This document shows, in pieces, positions 56,125-63,865 of a DNA stretch of 64,000 nucleotides (positions are counted from its first letter, which is position 1; every line of letters starts with the position of its first letter). The translations under genes were made by a program, and so were the position numbers. The stretch is from Candidatus Doudnabacteria bacterium (GTDB lineage Bacteria > Patescibacteriota > Doudnabacteria > UBA920 > O2-02-FULL-48-8). The stretch covers positions 66,214 to 130,213 of the forward strand of contig JBDTSL010000001.1 in assembly GCA_039931165.1 (NCBI GenBank), written 5' to 3'. Below the pieces are notes generated by a model. The model had not been told where the DNA came from, did no database searches, and worked only from the letters and a program-made list of their open reading frames with translations.

Positions 56125-56664
56125 CTATTCTTTTTGAAACGGGAACCCCAGAGACTTTAATAATGCCAGCGCTTTCTTGTCGTCGTTGGTCGAGGTCTGG
56201 ATATTGACTTCAAGACCAAATACATATTCCAAATGTTCGCGGGTAGTTTCCGGAAAAACAATCTGCTCCCGAATACCGACATTATAATTGCCGTGGCCGT
56301 CAAATTTTTTCGGGGCAAGGCCCCGGAAGTCCCTCACGCGGGGCAATGAGACATTCACGAACTTATCCAAAAAATCATACATCCGGCGGCCCCTAAGTGT
56401 GACCATCAGCCCCACGACCTGGTTTTCGCGGATCTTGAATCCGGCAATTGATTTTTTCGCCATGGTCTTCACAGGTGCCTGTCCGGCGATATTTTTTACA
56501 TCTTCGATGATCGCCTCAAGCATTTTCGGATCTTTCAGCGTTTTGCCGACACCGACATTGATCACCACTTTCTTCACCATTGGCACAGCCATGGGATTGG
56601 TCAATCCGAAAGCTTTTTTCAGATCCGGCACCGATTTTTCTTTATAAATAGTCTTTAAATTCAT
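56125..56664 (-). CDS. rplE: 50S ribosomal protein L5
   Basis: KVVINVGVG, VTLRG, LPRVRDFRG. Confidence 0.97.
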   Translation of the reverse strand: MNLKTIYKEKSVPDLKKAFGLTNPMAVPMVKKVVINVGVGKTLKDPKMLEAIIEDVKNIAGQAPVKTMAKKSIAGFKIRENQVVGLMVTLRGRRMYDFLDKFVNVSLPRVRDFRGLAPKKFDGHGNYNVGIREQIVFPETTREHLEYVFGLEVNIQTSTNDDKKALALLKSLGFPFQKE

Positions 56665-56669
56665 AAGTG

Positions 56670-56990
56670 TTATCCTATGACCTTTCCGCATTGCTTACAT
56701 TTGCGCATATTCCCGGCAGCGGTCAGTTCATGACCGATCCTGGTCGGTTTACCACAATTAGAACAAATTAGCATAACTTTGGAAACATTCAAAGGAGCGG
56801 GGAGTTCCAGGCGCTGTCCTTTTTCACCTTGTTTTTTTGGCCGGGAAAAACGCACATGGATGTTCATACCCTCCACTGACAGGCGGCTTGTTTTCGGGAA
56901 CACTTCCAAAACCTTGCCGGATTTGCCTTTTTCCTTGCCGGCCAAGACTTTGACCATATCGCCTTTTTTAATGCTCATATATCGCGCCAT
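56670..56990 (-). CDS. rplX: 50S ribosomal protein L24
   Basis: IKKGDMVKVLAGKEKGK KOW motif. Confidence 0.96.
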   Translation of the reverse strand: MARYMSIKKGDMVKVLAGKEKGKSGKVLEVFPKTSRLSVEGMNIHVRFSRPKKQGEKGQRLELPAPLNVSKVMLICSNCGKPTRIGHELTAAGNMRKCKQCGKVIG

Positions 56991-56991
56991 A

Positions 56992-57363
56992 TTATATTAC
57001 CTCTTCCGCCAGTGAAATTATCTTAGTGAAACCCATATCACGCAATTCGCGGGGAATCGGCCCAAAAATACGCGTACCGCGCGGTTCCTGGCTGTCCTTG
57101 CTGACAAGCACAGCGGCGTTATCGTCAAAACGGATATAAGAACCATCCGCGCGTCGGACCTCTTTATGGGTACGCACGATCACAGCATAAACTTTCTCGC
57201 CTTTTTTCACTTGGCCCTTAGGGCTGGCGATCTTTACTGAAGCTACGATCACATCACCCAAACCAGCGAAACGACGTTTATTTTTTCCATTCACGCTGAA
57301 AGCCGCGATTTCTTTCGCGCCAGTGTTATCCGCAACTTTTAATCTGGTTCTTAACTGTATCAT
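56992..57363 (-). CDS. rplN: 50S ribosomal protein L14
   Basis: [21 protein letters not shown]. Confidence 0.98.
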   Translation of the reverse strand: MIQLRTRLKVADNTGAKEIAAFSVNGKNKRRFAGLGDVIVASVKIASPKGQVKKGEKVYAVIVRTHKEVRRADGSYIRFDDNAAVLVSKDSQEPRGTRIFGPIPRELRDMGFTKIISLAEEVI

Positions 57364-57369
57364 AAGGGT

Positions 57370-57434
57370 GGAATATAGAATATGGAATGTGGATTATGGA
57401 TTTTTAAATCCTATATTCCAAATTCTAAATTCTA
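57370..57434. repeat. Inverted heptamer array (GAATATA/TATATTC-like)
   Basis: ggaatatagaatatggaatgtggattatgga ... tcctatattccaaattctaaattcta. Confidence 0.65.
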
Positions 57435-57668
57435 CATTCTATTAATTACTTTCCAGCTAACTGTCTTACTATAGGGCTTTGATTCTTCGATTACAACTTT
57501 GTCGCCAACGGAGAATTCCGTATCAGCGTGAGCCGGAAATTTTTTGAAAACCTTATAGCGCTTGTGATATTTCGGGTGGACTTTTACAATTTCAACCTTA
57601 ACTACCACAGTCTTGTTCATCTTGTTGGAGGTTACGGTGCCGGTTAATTTTCTCTTGATAGTTTCCAT
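57432..57668 (-). CDS. rpsQ: 30S ribosomal protein S17
   Basis: G.V.SNKM.KTVVV, HPKY. Confidence 0.96.
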   Translation of the reverse strand: METIKRKLTGTVTSNKMNKTVVVKVEIVKVHPKYHKRYKVFKKFPAHADTEFSVGDKVVIEESKPYSKTVSWKVINRM

Positions 57669-57670
57669 GA

Positions 57671-57853
57671 TTACTGTTCGTTGATTAAGGTTAAAATCCG
57701 GGCGATGTCGCGCTTGACCACTTTCAAACTATGCGTATTCTTCACTTCCCTGGAATGAAGCTTAAAAGCTAGATCACGCAGCTGTTCGCGCATCGTGGCC
57801 AGCTGCCTGACCTGTTCCGCCCGATTCATAGTTTTTAGTTCTTTAAACTTCAT
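57671..57853 (-). CDS. rpmC: 50S ribosomal protein L29
   Basis: KRDIARILT; operon position. Confidence 0.93.
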   Translation of the reverse strand: MKFKELKTMNRAEQVRQLATMREQLRDLAFKLHSREVKNTHSLKVVKRDIARILTLINEQ

Positions 57854-57858
57854 AAAAA

Positions 57859-58272
57859 TTAAATCTGATCCCTTAACACAAATCTGGTCTTGATCGGCAA
57901 TTTATGAGAGGCCAGCCTCATGGCTTCTGCCGCCTGCTCCGCAGTTACGCCGTCCATTTCAAACAGTACGCGTCCTTTTTGGACCACAGCCACAAAGTGG
58001 TCGACAGCGCCTTTTCCGCCGCCCATGGGCGATTCATTGCCGTGGGAAGTGATCGGCTTATCAGGAAAAATTCGGATCCAAACTTTACCGCCGCGCTGAA
58101 TATAGCGGGTCATGGCGCGCCTGGCAGCTTCGATCTGCCGGCTGGTGACCCAGCTATTTTCCATGGCCTTCAGGCCGAAGCTTCCGAATGCCACGAAATT
58201 GCCCGACATGGCTTTGCCGCTGGACCGTCCGCGATGATGCTTTCTATGTTTTACTTTTTTGGGAATTAACAT
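57859..58272 (-). CDS. rplP: 50S ribosomal protein L16
   Basis: QIEAARR, WIRIFPD, MGGGKG. Confidence 0.97.
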   Translation of the reverse strand: MLIPKKVKHRKHHRGRSSGKAMSGNFVAFGSFGLKAMENSWVTSRQIEAARRAMTRYIQRGGKVWIRIFPDKPITSHGNESPMGGGKGAVDHFVAVVQKGRVLFEMDGVTAEQAAEAMRLASHKLPIKTRFVLRDQI

Positions 58273-58279
58273 ATATTAA

Positions 58280-58939
58280 TTAAATTTTCAGCTTAGCTTT
58301 GCCGCCAGCGAAGACTTCCCCTTTATTGATCCAGACTTTCACCCCGATCGTGCCGTAAGTGGTAAACGCCGTGGCGCGGGCAAAATCAATGTTGGCTCTC
58401 AGGGTATGCAACGGCAGTTTTCCTTTGAACAATCTTTCGCTTCTGGCGATCTCTGCACCTCCCAGACGCCCGGCGCATTCGATTTTGACGCCCAACGCTC
58501 CGGCTTCCATGACCTGCTCGATCGAGCCTTTCATGGCGCGCCTGAAAGCAATGCGCTTTTCGATCTGGTCCACGATGTTTTGCGCGACCACCTGGGACTG
58601 CAAATTTACTTCCTTGACTTCCTCAATATTGATCTTCAGGTCAAGCTTCTTCAGTCCCAAATTTTTCAAGATCTTTTTCTTCAGATCTTCAATTCCAGCG
58701 CCGCCTTTACCGATGATCATCCCTGGTTTGGTGGTTTTCACTGTCACCACGAGATTTTGGCCGAAACGCTCGATATCAACGCGGACCAAGCCCGCTTTGC
58801 GCAGCTCATGCATCAAGAAGGCCCGGATCCTGGTATCCTGCTCAAGCCAAGCCGCAAAACCGGTTTTGGAAAGCCATTTCGACTTCCAAGTATCGGTAAT
58901 GTTCAGTCTTAAACTGCTGGCGTTTATCTTATTTCCCAT
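58280..58939 (-). CDS. rpsC: 30S ribosomal protein S3
   Basis: PGMIIGKGG, GRLGGAEIAR, PLHTLRA. Confidence 0.97.
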   Translation of the reverse strand: MGNKINASSLRLNITDTWKSKWLSKTGFAAWLEQDTRIRAFLMHELRKAGLVRVDIERFGQNLVVTVKTTKPGMIIGKGGAGIEDLKKKILKNLGLKKLDLKINIEEVKEVNLQSQVVAQNIVDQIEKRIAFRRAMKGSIEQVMEAGALGVKIECAGRLGGAEIARSERLFKGKLPLHTLRANIDFARATAFTTYGTIGVKVWINKGEVFAGGKAKLKI

Positions 58940-58943
58940 AAAA

Positions 58944-59528
58944 TTAAGGCCCGCTTCTCCGGTTGAATAATCGTCTCTTCAAATTAACCAAATTCTGCTT
59001 GATCTTCTGGCTGGACCTCGGCGCCTGCGCCGGTTTTACTTTATTCGCGGCTACTTCACCCGCTTTTGGTTCCACGATCCCGGCTTTATGCTCGGCTTCT
59101 TTGTTTATTTTCTCATCCGCGGTAAGCTTCGGCCTGATAGCAAAAATTGAGCGGGTTTTCTTATTTGTCCGTTCACGTATTCCCAAAACTACATTAATAT
59201 GGCTGGTTCTTTTCCGCTCCACGAAAGCGCGTCCCTGCGCTCTTGGCGCATAGCTTTTGAAAACCGGTCCCTGGTCTATCGTCACAGCTTTCACATACAA
59301 ATTTTCTTTCTTCATTTCAAAATTATGCACCGCATTGGCCACTGCCGAGTTTATGGCTTTGGCCAGAGGCTCTGCAGCATTTTTTGAAGAAAAGCGAAGC
59401 TGTTCCAGTGCGGTGTCAACCGGAGTTTGGCGGATCAAATTCGCCACCAGACGCAGTTTTTGCGGAGAGACGTGGATGTAGCGGGCGAATGCCTTAACCT
59501 CTATAACTTTTGATTTATCGATTGCCAT
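58944..59528 (-). CDS. rplV: 50S ribosomal protein L22 with long C-terminal extension
   Basis: SPQKLRLV, PRAQGRA, KRTSH, then ~75 extra residues. Confidence 0.96.
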   Translation of the reverse strand: MAIDKSKVIEVKAFARYIHVSPQKLRLVANLIRQTPVDTALEQLRFSSKNAAEPLAKAINSAVANAVHNFEMKKENLYVKAVTIDQGPVFKSYAPRAQGRAFVERKRTSHINVVLGIRERTNKKTRSIFAIRPKLTADEKINKEAEHKAGIVEPKAGEVAANKVKPAQAPRSSQKIKQNLVNLKRRLFNRRSGP

Positions 59529-59530
59529 AT

Positions 59531-59875
59531 TTATTTTTTCGCCCCTTCAGCCGGTGCCTTAGCCGCTTCCAATGTCCGCTTCTCGGCTTCCTGGGCCGCG
59601 ATGGCTTCATCTTTCGCCATACGTCCGCCGTGGCGGTTAAATTTACGTGATGGAGAAAATTCGCCTAATTTGTGCCCGACCATATTTTCGGAGCAGTTCA
59701 CGGTAATAAAATTCTTGCCATTGTGGACGAGAAAAGTCAGCCCGACCATTTCCGGGAAAATTGTGGAATCCCTGCTCCAGGTCTTGATCTCTCCCTTTTG
59801 GCCAGGTTTAACCTTCTGGATCTTCTCCAGCAATTTCGGGTCTATAAACGGTCCTTTTTTCAGTGATCGTGACAT
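59531..59875 (-). CDS. rpsS: 30S ribosomal protein S19
   Basis: [19 protein letters not shown]. Confidence 0.97.
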   Translation of the reverse strand: MSRSLKKGPFIDPKLLEKIQKVKPGQKGEIKTWSRDSTIFPEMVGLTFLVHNGKNFITVNCSENMVGHKLGEFSPSRKFNRHGGRMAKDEAIAAQEAEKRTLEAAKAPAEGAKK

Positions 59876-59878
59876 AAA

Positions 59879-59938
59879 TTAGTTAAGATTCTTATCAACC
59901 AACAAAATTCCAATTGTAGCGACAAAAATCTTTTTCAT
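59879..59938 (-). other. 19-codon ORF resembling a truncated signal peptide
   Basis: MKKIFVATIGILLVDKNLN* fills the rplB-rpsS spacer. Confidence 0.4.
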
Positions 59939-59939
59939 A

Positions 59940-60770
59940 TTATTTCCTTCGCTTTACTATAAACTTGCTCGATGCTCTCTTCGGGTCGCGGGTTTTCACG
60001 CCCAAAGCATGCTTGCCCCATGGGGTTTTCGGATATTTCAACCCAATTGGGTTATGTCCTTCACCTCCGCCGTGCGGATGGTCGATCGGGTTCATGGCTT
60101 TGCCTCTGACAGATGGGCGGATGCCGCGGTGTCGCTGACGGCCAGCCTTACCGATTCTAACATACATCCAGTCAATATTGGAAACCTGTCCAATCGTGCC
60201 ATAGGCCTTGACCGGCACTTTGCGCAGTTCGCCTGAAGGAAGTTTCAAGGTCGTATACTCCGGTTCTTGCGCGGCAATGATGGCATATGTACCCGCACTG
60301 CGGGCAATCTGCCCGCCTGAATTGCCCAAAATCTCTATAGCATGGACGTTTGTGCCGATGGGAACGTTCTTCAGCATCATGCGGTTACCGGACTTCAGTT
60401 CGGCGCGTTCTGAGGTCAGTAAAATTTCCCCTACTTTCACGCCATCGGGAGCCAAAATATACCGTCTTTCACCGTCCTTGTAAGCCAAAAGAGAAATAAA
60501 AGCGCTTCGTCCGGGATCGTATTCCAAAGTTTGAACTTTAGCCGGTATATCGAGTTTGTCTCGCTTAAAATCAATCAATCTGGAGATTTGTTTATGGCCT
60601 CCGCCCTGATGGCGGATTGTGATCTTACCTTGATTGTTGCGACCTGCCGTGCGGCCGAAAGACTTCATCGAAGGCTTATGGGGCTTTACATTTTTCGTCA
60701 AAACCGAATAATCGGTCACCGAGTGGATGCGCCGACCTGCGGAAGTTGGTTTGTAAATTTTGATCGCCAT
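59940..60770 (-). CDS. rplB: 50S ribosomal protein L2
   Basis: GRNNQG, EYDP, MNPIDHPHGGGEG. Confidence 0.98.
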   Translation of the reverse strand: MAIKIYKPTSAGRRIHSVTDYSVLTKNVKPHKPSMKSFGRTAGRNNQGKITIRHQGGGHKQISRLIDFKRDKLDIPAKVQTLEYDPGRSAFISLLAYKDGERRYILAPDGVKVGEILLTSERAELKSGNRMMLKNVPIGTNVHAIEILGNSGGQIARSAGTYAIIAAQEPEYTTLKLPSGELRKVPVKAYGTIGQVSNIDWMYVRIGKAGRQRHRGIRPSVRGKAMNPIDHPHGGGEGHNPIGLKYPKTPWGKHALGVKTRDPKRASSKFIVKRRK

Positions 60771-60771
60771 A

Positions 60772-61224
60772 TTAGACTCCTTCGCTCAATCCTGCGATCC
60801 GCTCGCCTGACTTTAATGTTACGATCGCTTTCTTCCAATCCTGGGTCCGGCCTACTGATTTTCCTTGTCGACGGTTTTTACCTGAGACATTAATCATATT
60901 GACCGCCATAACGTGCACATCATATACTGCCTCGATCGCTTTTTTTACTTCGATCTTATTAGTAGATTTGGCGACTTTGAATACATAGCGGCCTATGGCT
61001 GAAAGCTGGTTGGTTTTTTCCGACAAATGATGGCGAAGCAGGATATGGTGGGCCCGGCCGGTGTTTTCCTTAAGAATTGCTTTTTGTTCAGCAGTTTTTT
61101 CCTCAGCCGGTTCTTTGACCATATCTAAAACATTCTCTTCCTTAGGAGCTTTTTTTCCGGCGGAGCCGGATCCGGCTTTGCCGGACTTTTCATCTTTCTG
61201 TTTAAATCTGTCTAGGATTCCCAT
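60772..61224 (-). CDS. rplW: 50S ribosomal protein L23 with N-terminal extension
   Basis: SEKT, NKIEVKKA, WKKAIVTL. Confidence 0.94.
   Translation of the reverse strand: MGILDRFKQKDEKSGKAGSGSAGKKAPKEENVLDMVKEPAEEKTAEQKAILKENTGRAHHILLRHHLSEKTNQLSAIGRYVFKVAKSTNKIEVKKAIEAVYDVHVMAVNMINVSGKNRRQGKSVGRTQDWKKAIVTLKSGERIAGLSEGV
61156..61185. repeat. In-frame 30-nt twin-hairpin palindrome (SGKAGSGSAG)
   Basis: Coding strand TCCGGC-AAA-GCCGGA TCCGGC-TCC-GCCGGA. Confidence 0.85.
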
Positions 61225-61248
61225 ATTCTATATTCCAAATTCTATATT

Positions 61249-61887
61249 CTACTTTAAATATGTCTTCTCGATCACCGGCAGGGCGTCTTTCAAAATCATT
61301 GTATCGTGATTCAATAAATCCAGAACATTCAGCTGGTTGGCCGGCAAAATCTTGACATGCTTTAGGTTTCTGGCGGCGCGAACCAAATCTTGATTGTGAG
61401 TCGATAAAACCAATATATATTTCTCACCCAAACCGGCCTTGGTGGCAAGTATTGCCAGTTTGACGGCCAAATCTTTGGTTTTGGCCGTCGTATCAAAACT
61501 TTCAACGATAACCAATTTATGATTATTGACCTTGTCGGTTAAAATGCTGAATAACGCTTTTCTTACTGCCGACTTATTCATTTTAAGCGACCAATTACGG
61601 GCAGAAGTCGGACCAAATGTAATTCCTCCATGCCGCCAAAGCGGCGAGCGGACCGATCCCGCGCGGGCGCGTCCGGTGCCTTTTTGCTTCCAGGGTTTTT
61701 TGCCCGAGCCGGCAACTTCCCCTCGATTTTTCGTATGGGCGATCGAAGGACGGGCGTTGTTTCTCTGCGTCCTGACCGCGGCGTGGACGAGGCTGGCGTC
61801 GATTCTATCAATGCCAAAAATCTTCGGGTTCAGGTCAAGTTCCGTGACTATTTCGCCTGTTTGATTGTAGACTGCTGTCTTGGTCAT
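61249..61887 (-). CDS. rplD: 50S ribosomal protein L4
   Basis: KPWKQKGTGRARAG, GGITFGP. Confidence 0.97.
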   Translation of the reverse strand: MTKTAVYNQTGEIVTELDLNPKIFGIDRIDASLVHAAVRTQRNNARPSIAHTKNRGEVAGSGKKPWKQKGTGRARAGSVRSPLWRHGGITFGPTSARNWSLKMNKSAVRKALFSILTDKVNNHKLVIVESFDTTAKTKDLAVKLAILATKAGLGEKYILVLSTHNQDLVRAARNLKHVKILPANQLNVLDLLNHDTMILKDALPVIEKTYLK

Positions 61888-61888
61888 G

Positions 61889-62491
61889 TTAGTTTAATTT
61901 GGAAACAATATCTGGGTAATCCGTAAAGATTCCATCAACACCATAATTTTTTAACCGATAGAATTCTTCAGGAGTATTAATTGTGTATACATATACTCTC
62001 CAGCCCAATTCCCTAAATTTGGACATCCGATTTTCATTGACCAATTCCGGCGTGACCGAGATGGAAAAAATATTTACCTTTTTTAAAAAACTTATTACCA
62101 ATGGAAGGAGAATTCCGTATCGGGTGGCAATCACCAGACCTAGTTGGATATTTCCGTCCAAAGCCCTGATCTTCTTTAATACTAGTGGGTTCCAAGAAGT
62201 GATCAAAACCTTGTGCGCAAATCCTTTTATTGACTCTAAAACCTCGTTTTCAAACCCGCTTTCCTTGATCTCCAAATCCAGGGGCAAGGTTGCCATATGC
62301 AGTAGTTCGTCCAAACCCGTTGAATCGGAATAATCGTTTTTGCGATCATGCGATAAAACTATTTTACCGTCGGAGGTGCGTCGCAAATCGCATTCAAGCA
62401 TTTGCGCGCCGCTATCCTGAGCTTTTTTAAAAGAACGAATCGTATTCTCCGGCTCCAACCCCGCTGCTCCCCGATGCCCGATGATCAGCAT
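61889..62491 (-). CDS. Glycerophosphodiester phosphodiesterase family protein
   Basis: IGHRGA, PENT, ECD, SHD, EIK, GVDGIFTDYP. Confidence 0.93.
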   Translation of the reverse strand: MLIIGHRGAAGLEPENTIRSFKKAQDSGAQMLECDLRRTSDGKIVLSHDRKNDYSDSTGLDELLHMATLPLDLEIKESGFENEVLESIKGFAHKVLITSWNPLVLKKIRALDGNIQLGLVIATRYGILLPLVISFLKKVNIFSISVTPELVNENRMSKFRELGWRVYVYTINTPEEFYRLKNYGVDGIFTDYPDIVSKLN

Positions 62492-62494
62492 ATA

Positions 62495-62640
62495 CCCTCA
62501 CACCAAACGAGTTTAATTGCCCTGTTTGATAACATATTCGAGATTATTTAGTTTATTAAGTTAACTGCTTTTAAATAACCAATCCCGAATCGTATTTTTT
62601 ATCTAAAAAATACAATTCGAAACTCGTTCTGGTGTAGGGG
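62495..62640. mobile_element. Divergent member of the stop-codon-associated MITE-like family, copy 4 (rplC/GDPD)
   Basis: CCCTCACACCAAACGAGTTT...AAACTCGTTCTGGTGTAGGGG; flanks TATA/TTTA; different interior. Confidence 0.7.
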
Positions 62641-62641
62641 T

Positions 62642-63244
62642 TTAGACAGCCTGAATCTTTACGATCCCGCCATTGGCCCCGGGTACTGCTCCCTTCACAG
62701 CGATAAGATTGCGCTTTACATCCACATCAACAACTTCCAAATTGGTAACTGTCCGCACTCCGCCCATTCTTCCGGCCATACGCAAGCCTTTTCTGACATG
62801 CTGTGGAAATCGTCCGCCGATGGCCCCTACCGCTCTTGGATGATCATGGCCGTGGGATGCCGGAGCTCCTTTAAATCCGTAACGCTTGATCGGGCCTGCG
62901 AATCCCCGCCCTTTCATTTCCGCAGTAACTTTAACCTTGTCGCCGACCATAAAAGCATCGACTTTGATCTCCTGGCCGGGCATAAACACGTCTTTGGCGT
63001 CAGTCCGGAATTCCGTCAGATTCATAAGCGCACCTGCAATTTTCCCATGGCCGAGTTCAGCCTGATTTGGTTTTGTTTTCTTGCCGAATCCGACCTGTAC
63101 CGCTGAGTACTTGTCTTTTGCCATGGTCTTGACCTGGACAACTTTTATCGGGCCTGCCTTAAGGATGGTCACAGGCACGACTTTGCCGTCTTTGGCGAAC
63201 ATTTGCGACATATTCAGTTTTTCGGCAAGGATAAACTTGGTCAT
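62642..63244 (-). CDS. rplC: 50S ribosomal protein L3
   Basis: PVTIL, KGRGFAG, HG, MAGRMG, KGAVPG. Confidence 0.97.
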   Translation of the reverse strand: MTKFILAEKLNMSQMFAKDGKVVPVTILKAGPIKVVQVKTMAKDKYSAVQVGFGKKTKPNQAELGHGKIAGALMNLTEFRTDAKDVFMPGQEIKVDAFMVGDKVKVTAEMKGRGFAGPIKRYGFKGAPASHGHDHPRAVGAIGGRFPQHVRKGLRMAGRMGGVRTVTNLEVVDVDVKRNLIAVKGAVPGANGGIVKIQAV

Positions 63245-63251
63245 AATTTTG

Positions 63252-63345
63252 GCTAAAGAAAAGCCGCTTAGATCTCGGAAAGCTTCAGAAACCTAAGCGG
63301 TTCTTCTTTCGTGATCGTCGTTGTCCTTTCGGACCTGCACAATCT
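63252..63345 (-). promoter_or_regulatory. Structured rplC leader (candidate regulatory RNA)
   Basis: AAGAA..CCGCTTAG/CTAAGCGG..TTCTT stem; GUCC-GAAA-GGAC hairpin on the mRNA. Confidence 0.45.
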
Positions 63346-63362
63346 TAACTATTGATTTTTTT

Positions 63363-63392
63363 CTATAACCTACAACCTACCACCTACAACCT
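63363..63392. repeat. Heptamer array (CTACAAC/CTATAAC), same family as 53244
   Basis: ctataacctacaacctaccacctacaacct. Confidence 0.65.
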
Positions 63393-63396
63393 GTTT

Positions 63397-63723
63397 CTAC
63401 ATCTTTATCTCGATATCGACTCCAGCCGGAAGATTGAGGTTTGATAACGCGTCTATCGTCTTCGGGGTTGGGGAAGCGATATCAACCAAACGCTTATGGA
63501 TGCGCATCTCAAACTGTTCGCGGGCGTTCTTATGCACGAACGTCGAACGGTTGACGGTATATTTCGTCTTTTCTGTCGGAAGAGGAACCGGCCCGATGAC
63601 CGCAGCGCCAGTACGCTTGGCTGTCTCTACAATCTGCTTGGCAGACTGGTCGATCAGCTTATGGTCATAAGCTCGTATCTTGATTCGAATTCTTCCTTTA
63701 TTCTCTTCGCTGTCTTGCGGCAT
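63397..63723 (-). CDS. rpsJ: 30S ribosomal protein S10
   Basis: [28 protein letters not shown]. Confidence 0.98.
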   Translation of the reverse strand: MPQDSEENKGRIRIKIRAYDHKLIDQSAKQIVETAKRTGAAVIGPVPLPTEKTKYTVNRSTFVHKNAREQFEMRIHKRLVDIASPTPKTIDALSNLNLPAGVDIEIKM

Positions 63724-63793
63724 TGGGTTTGTAAAGAATTAGGCTAAAGTCTTGCTTTTATTGGGTATTTACAACTTTCCGTGTAACTTGCAT

Positions 63794-63822
63794 ATATTAA
63801 AGGATTTTGGGCATTAGGTCAA
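63794..63822 (-). promoter_or_regulatory. S10-operon promoter
   Basis: TTGACC-17 bp-TAATAT. Confidence 0.7.
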
Positions 63823-63829
63823 GAGTAAC

Positions 63830-63858
63830 AAAAGCCCAGCCCTCCTAAGGGCTGGGCG
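63830..63858 (-). terminator. Intrinsic terminator after tuf
   Basis: Minus strand GCCCAGCCCT-loop-AGGGCTGGGC followed by TTTT. Confidence 0.85.
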
Positions 63859-63865
63859 ATCATAT

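Noticed and set aside
9-63747. Numerous + strand ORFs of 60-220 aa overlapping housekeeping genes
   Set aside because: Antisense shadows of well-identified minus-strand genes, with no motifs or initiation signals.
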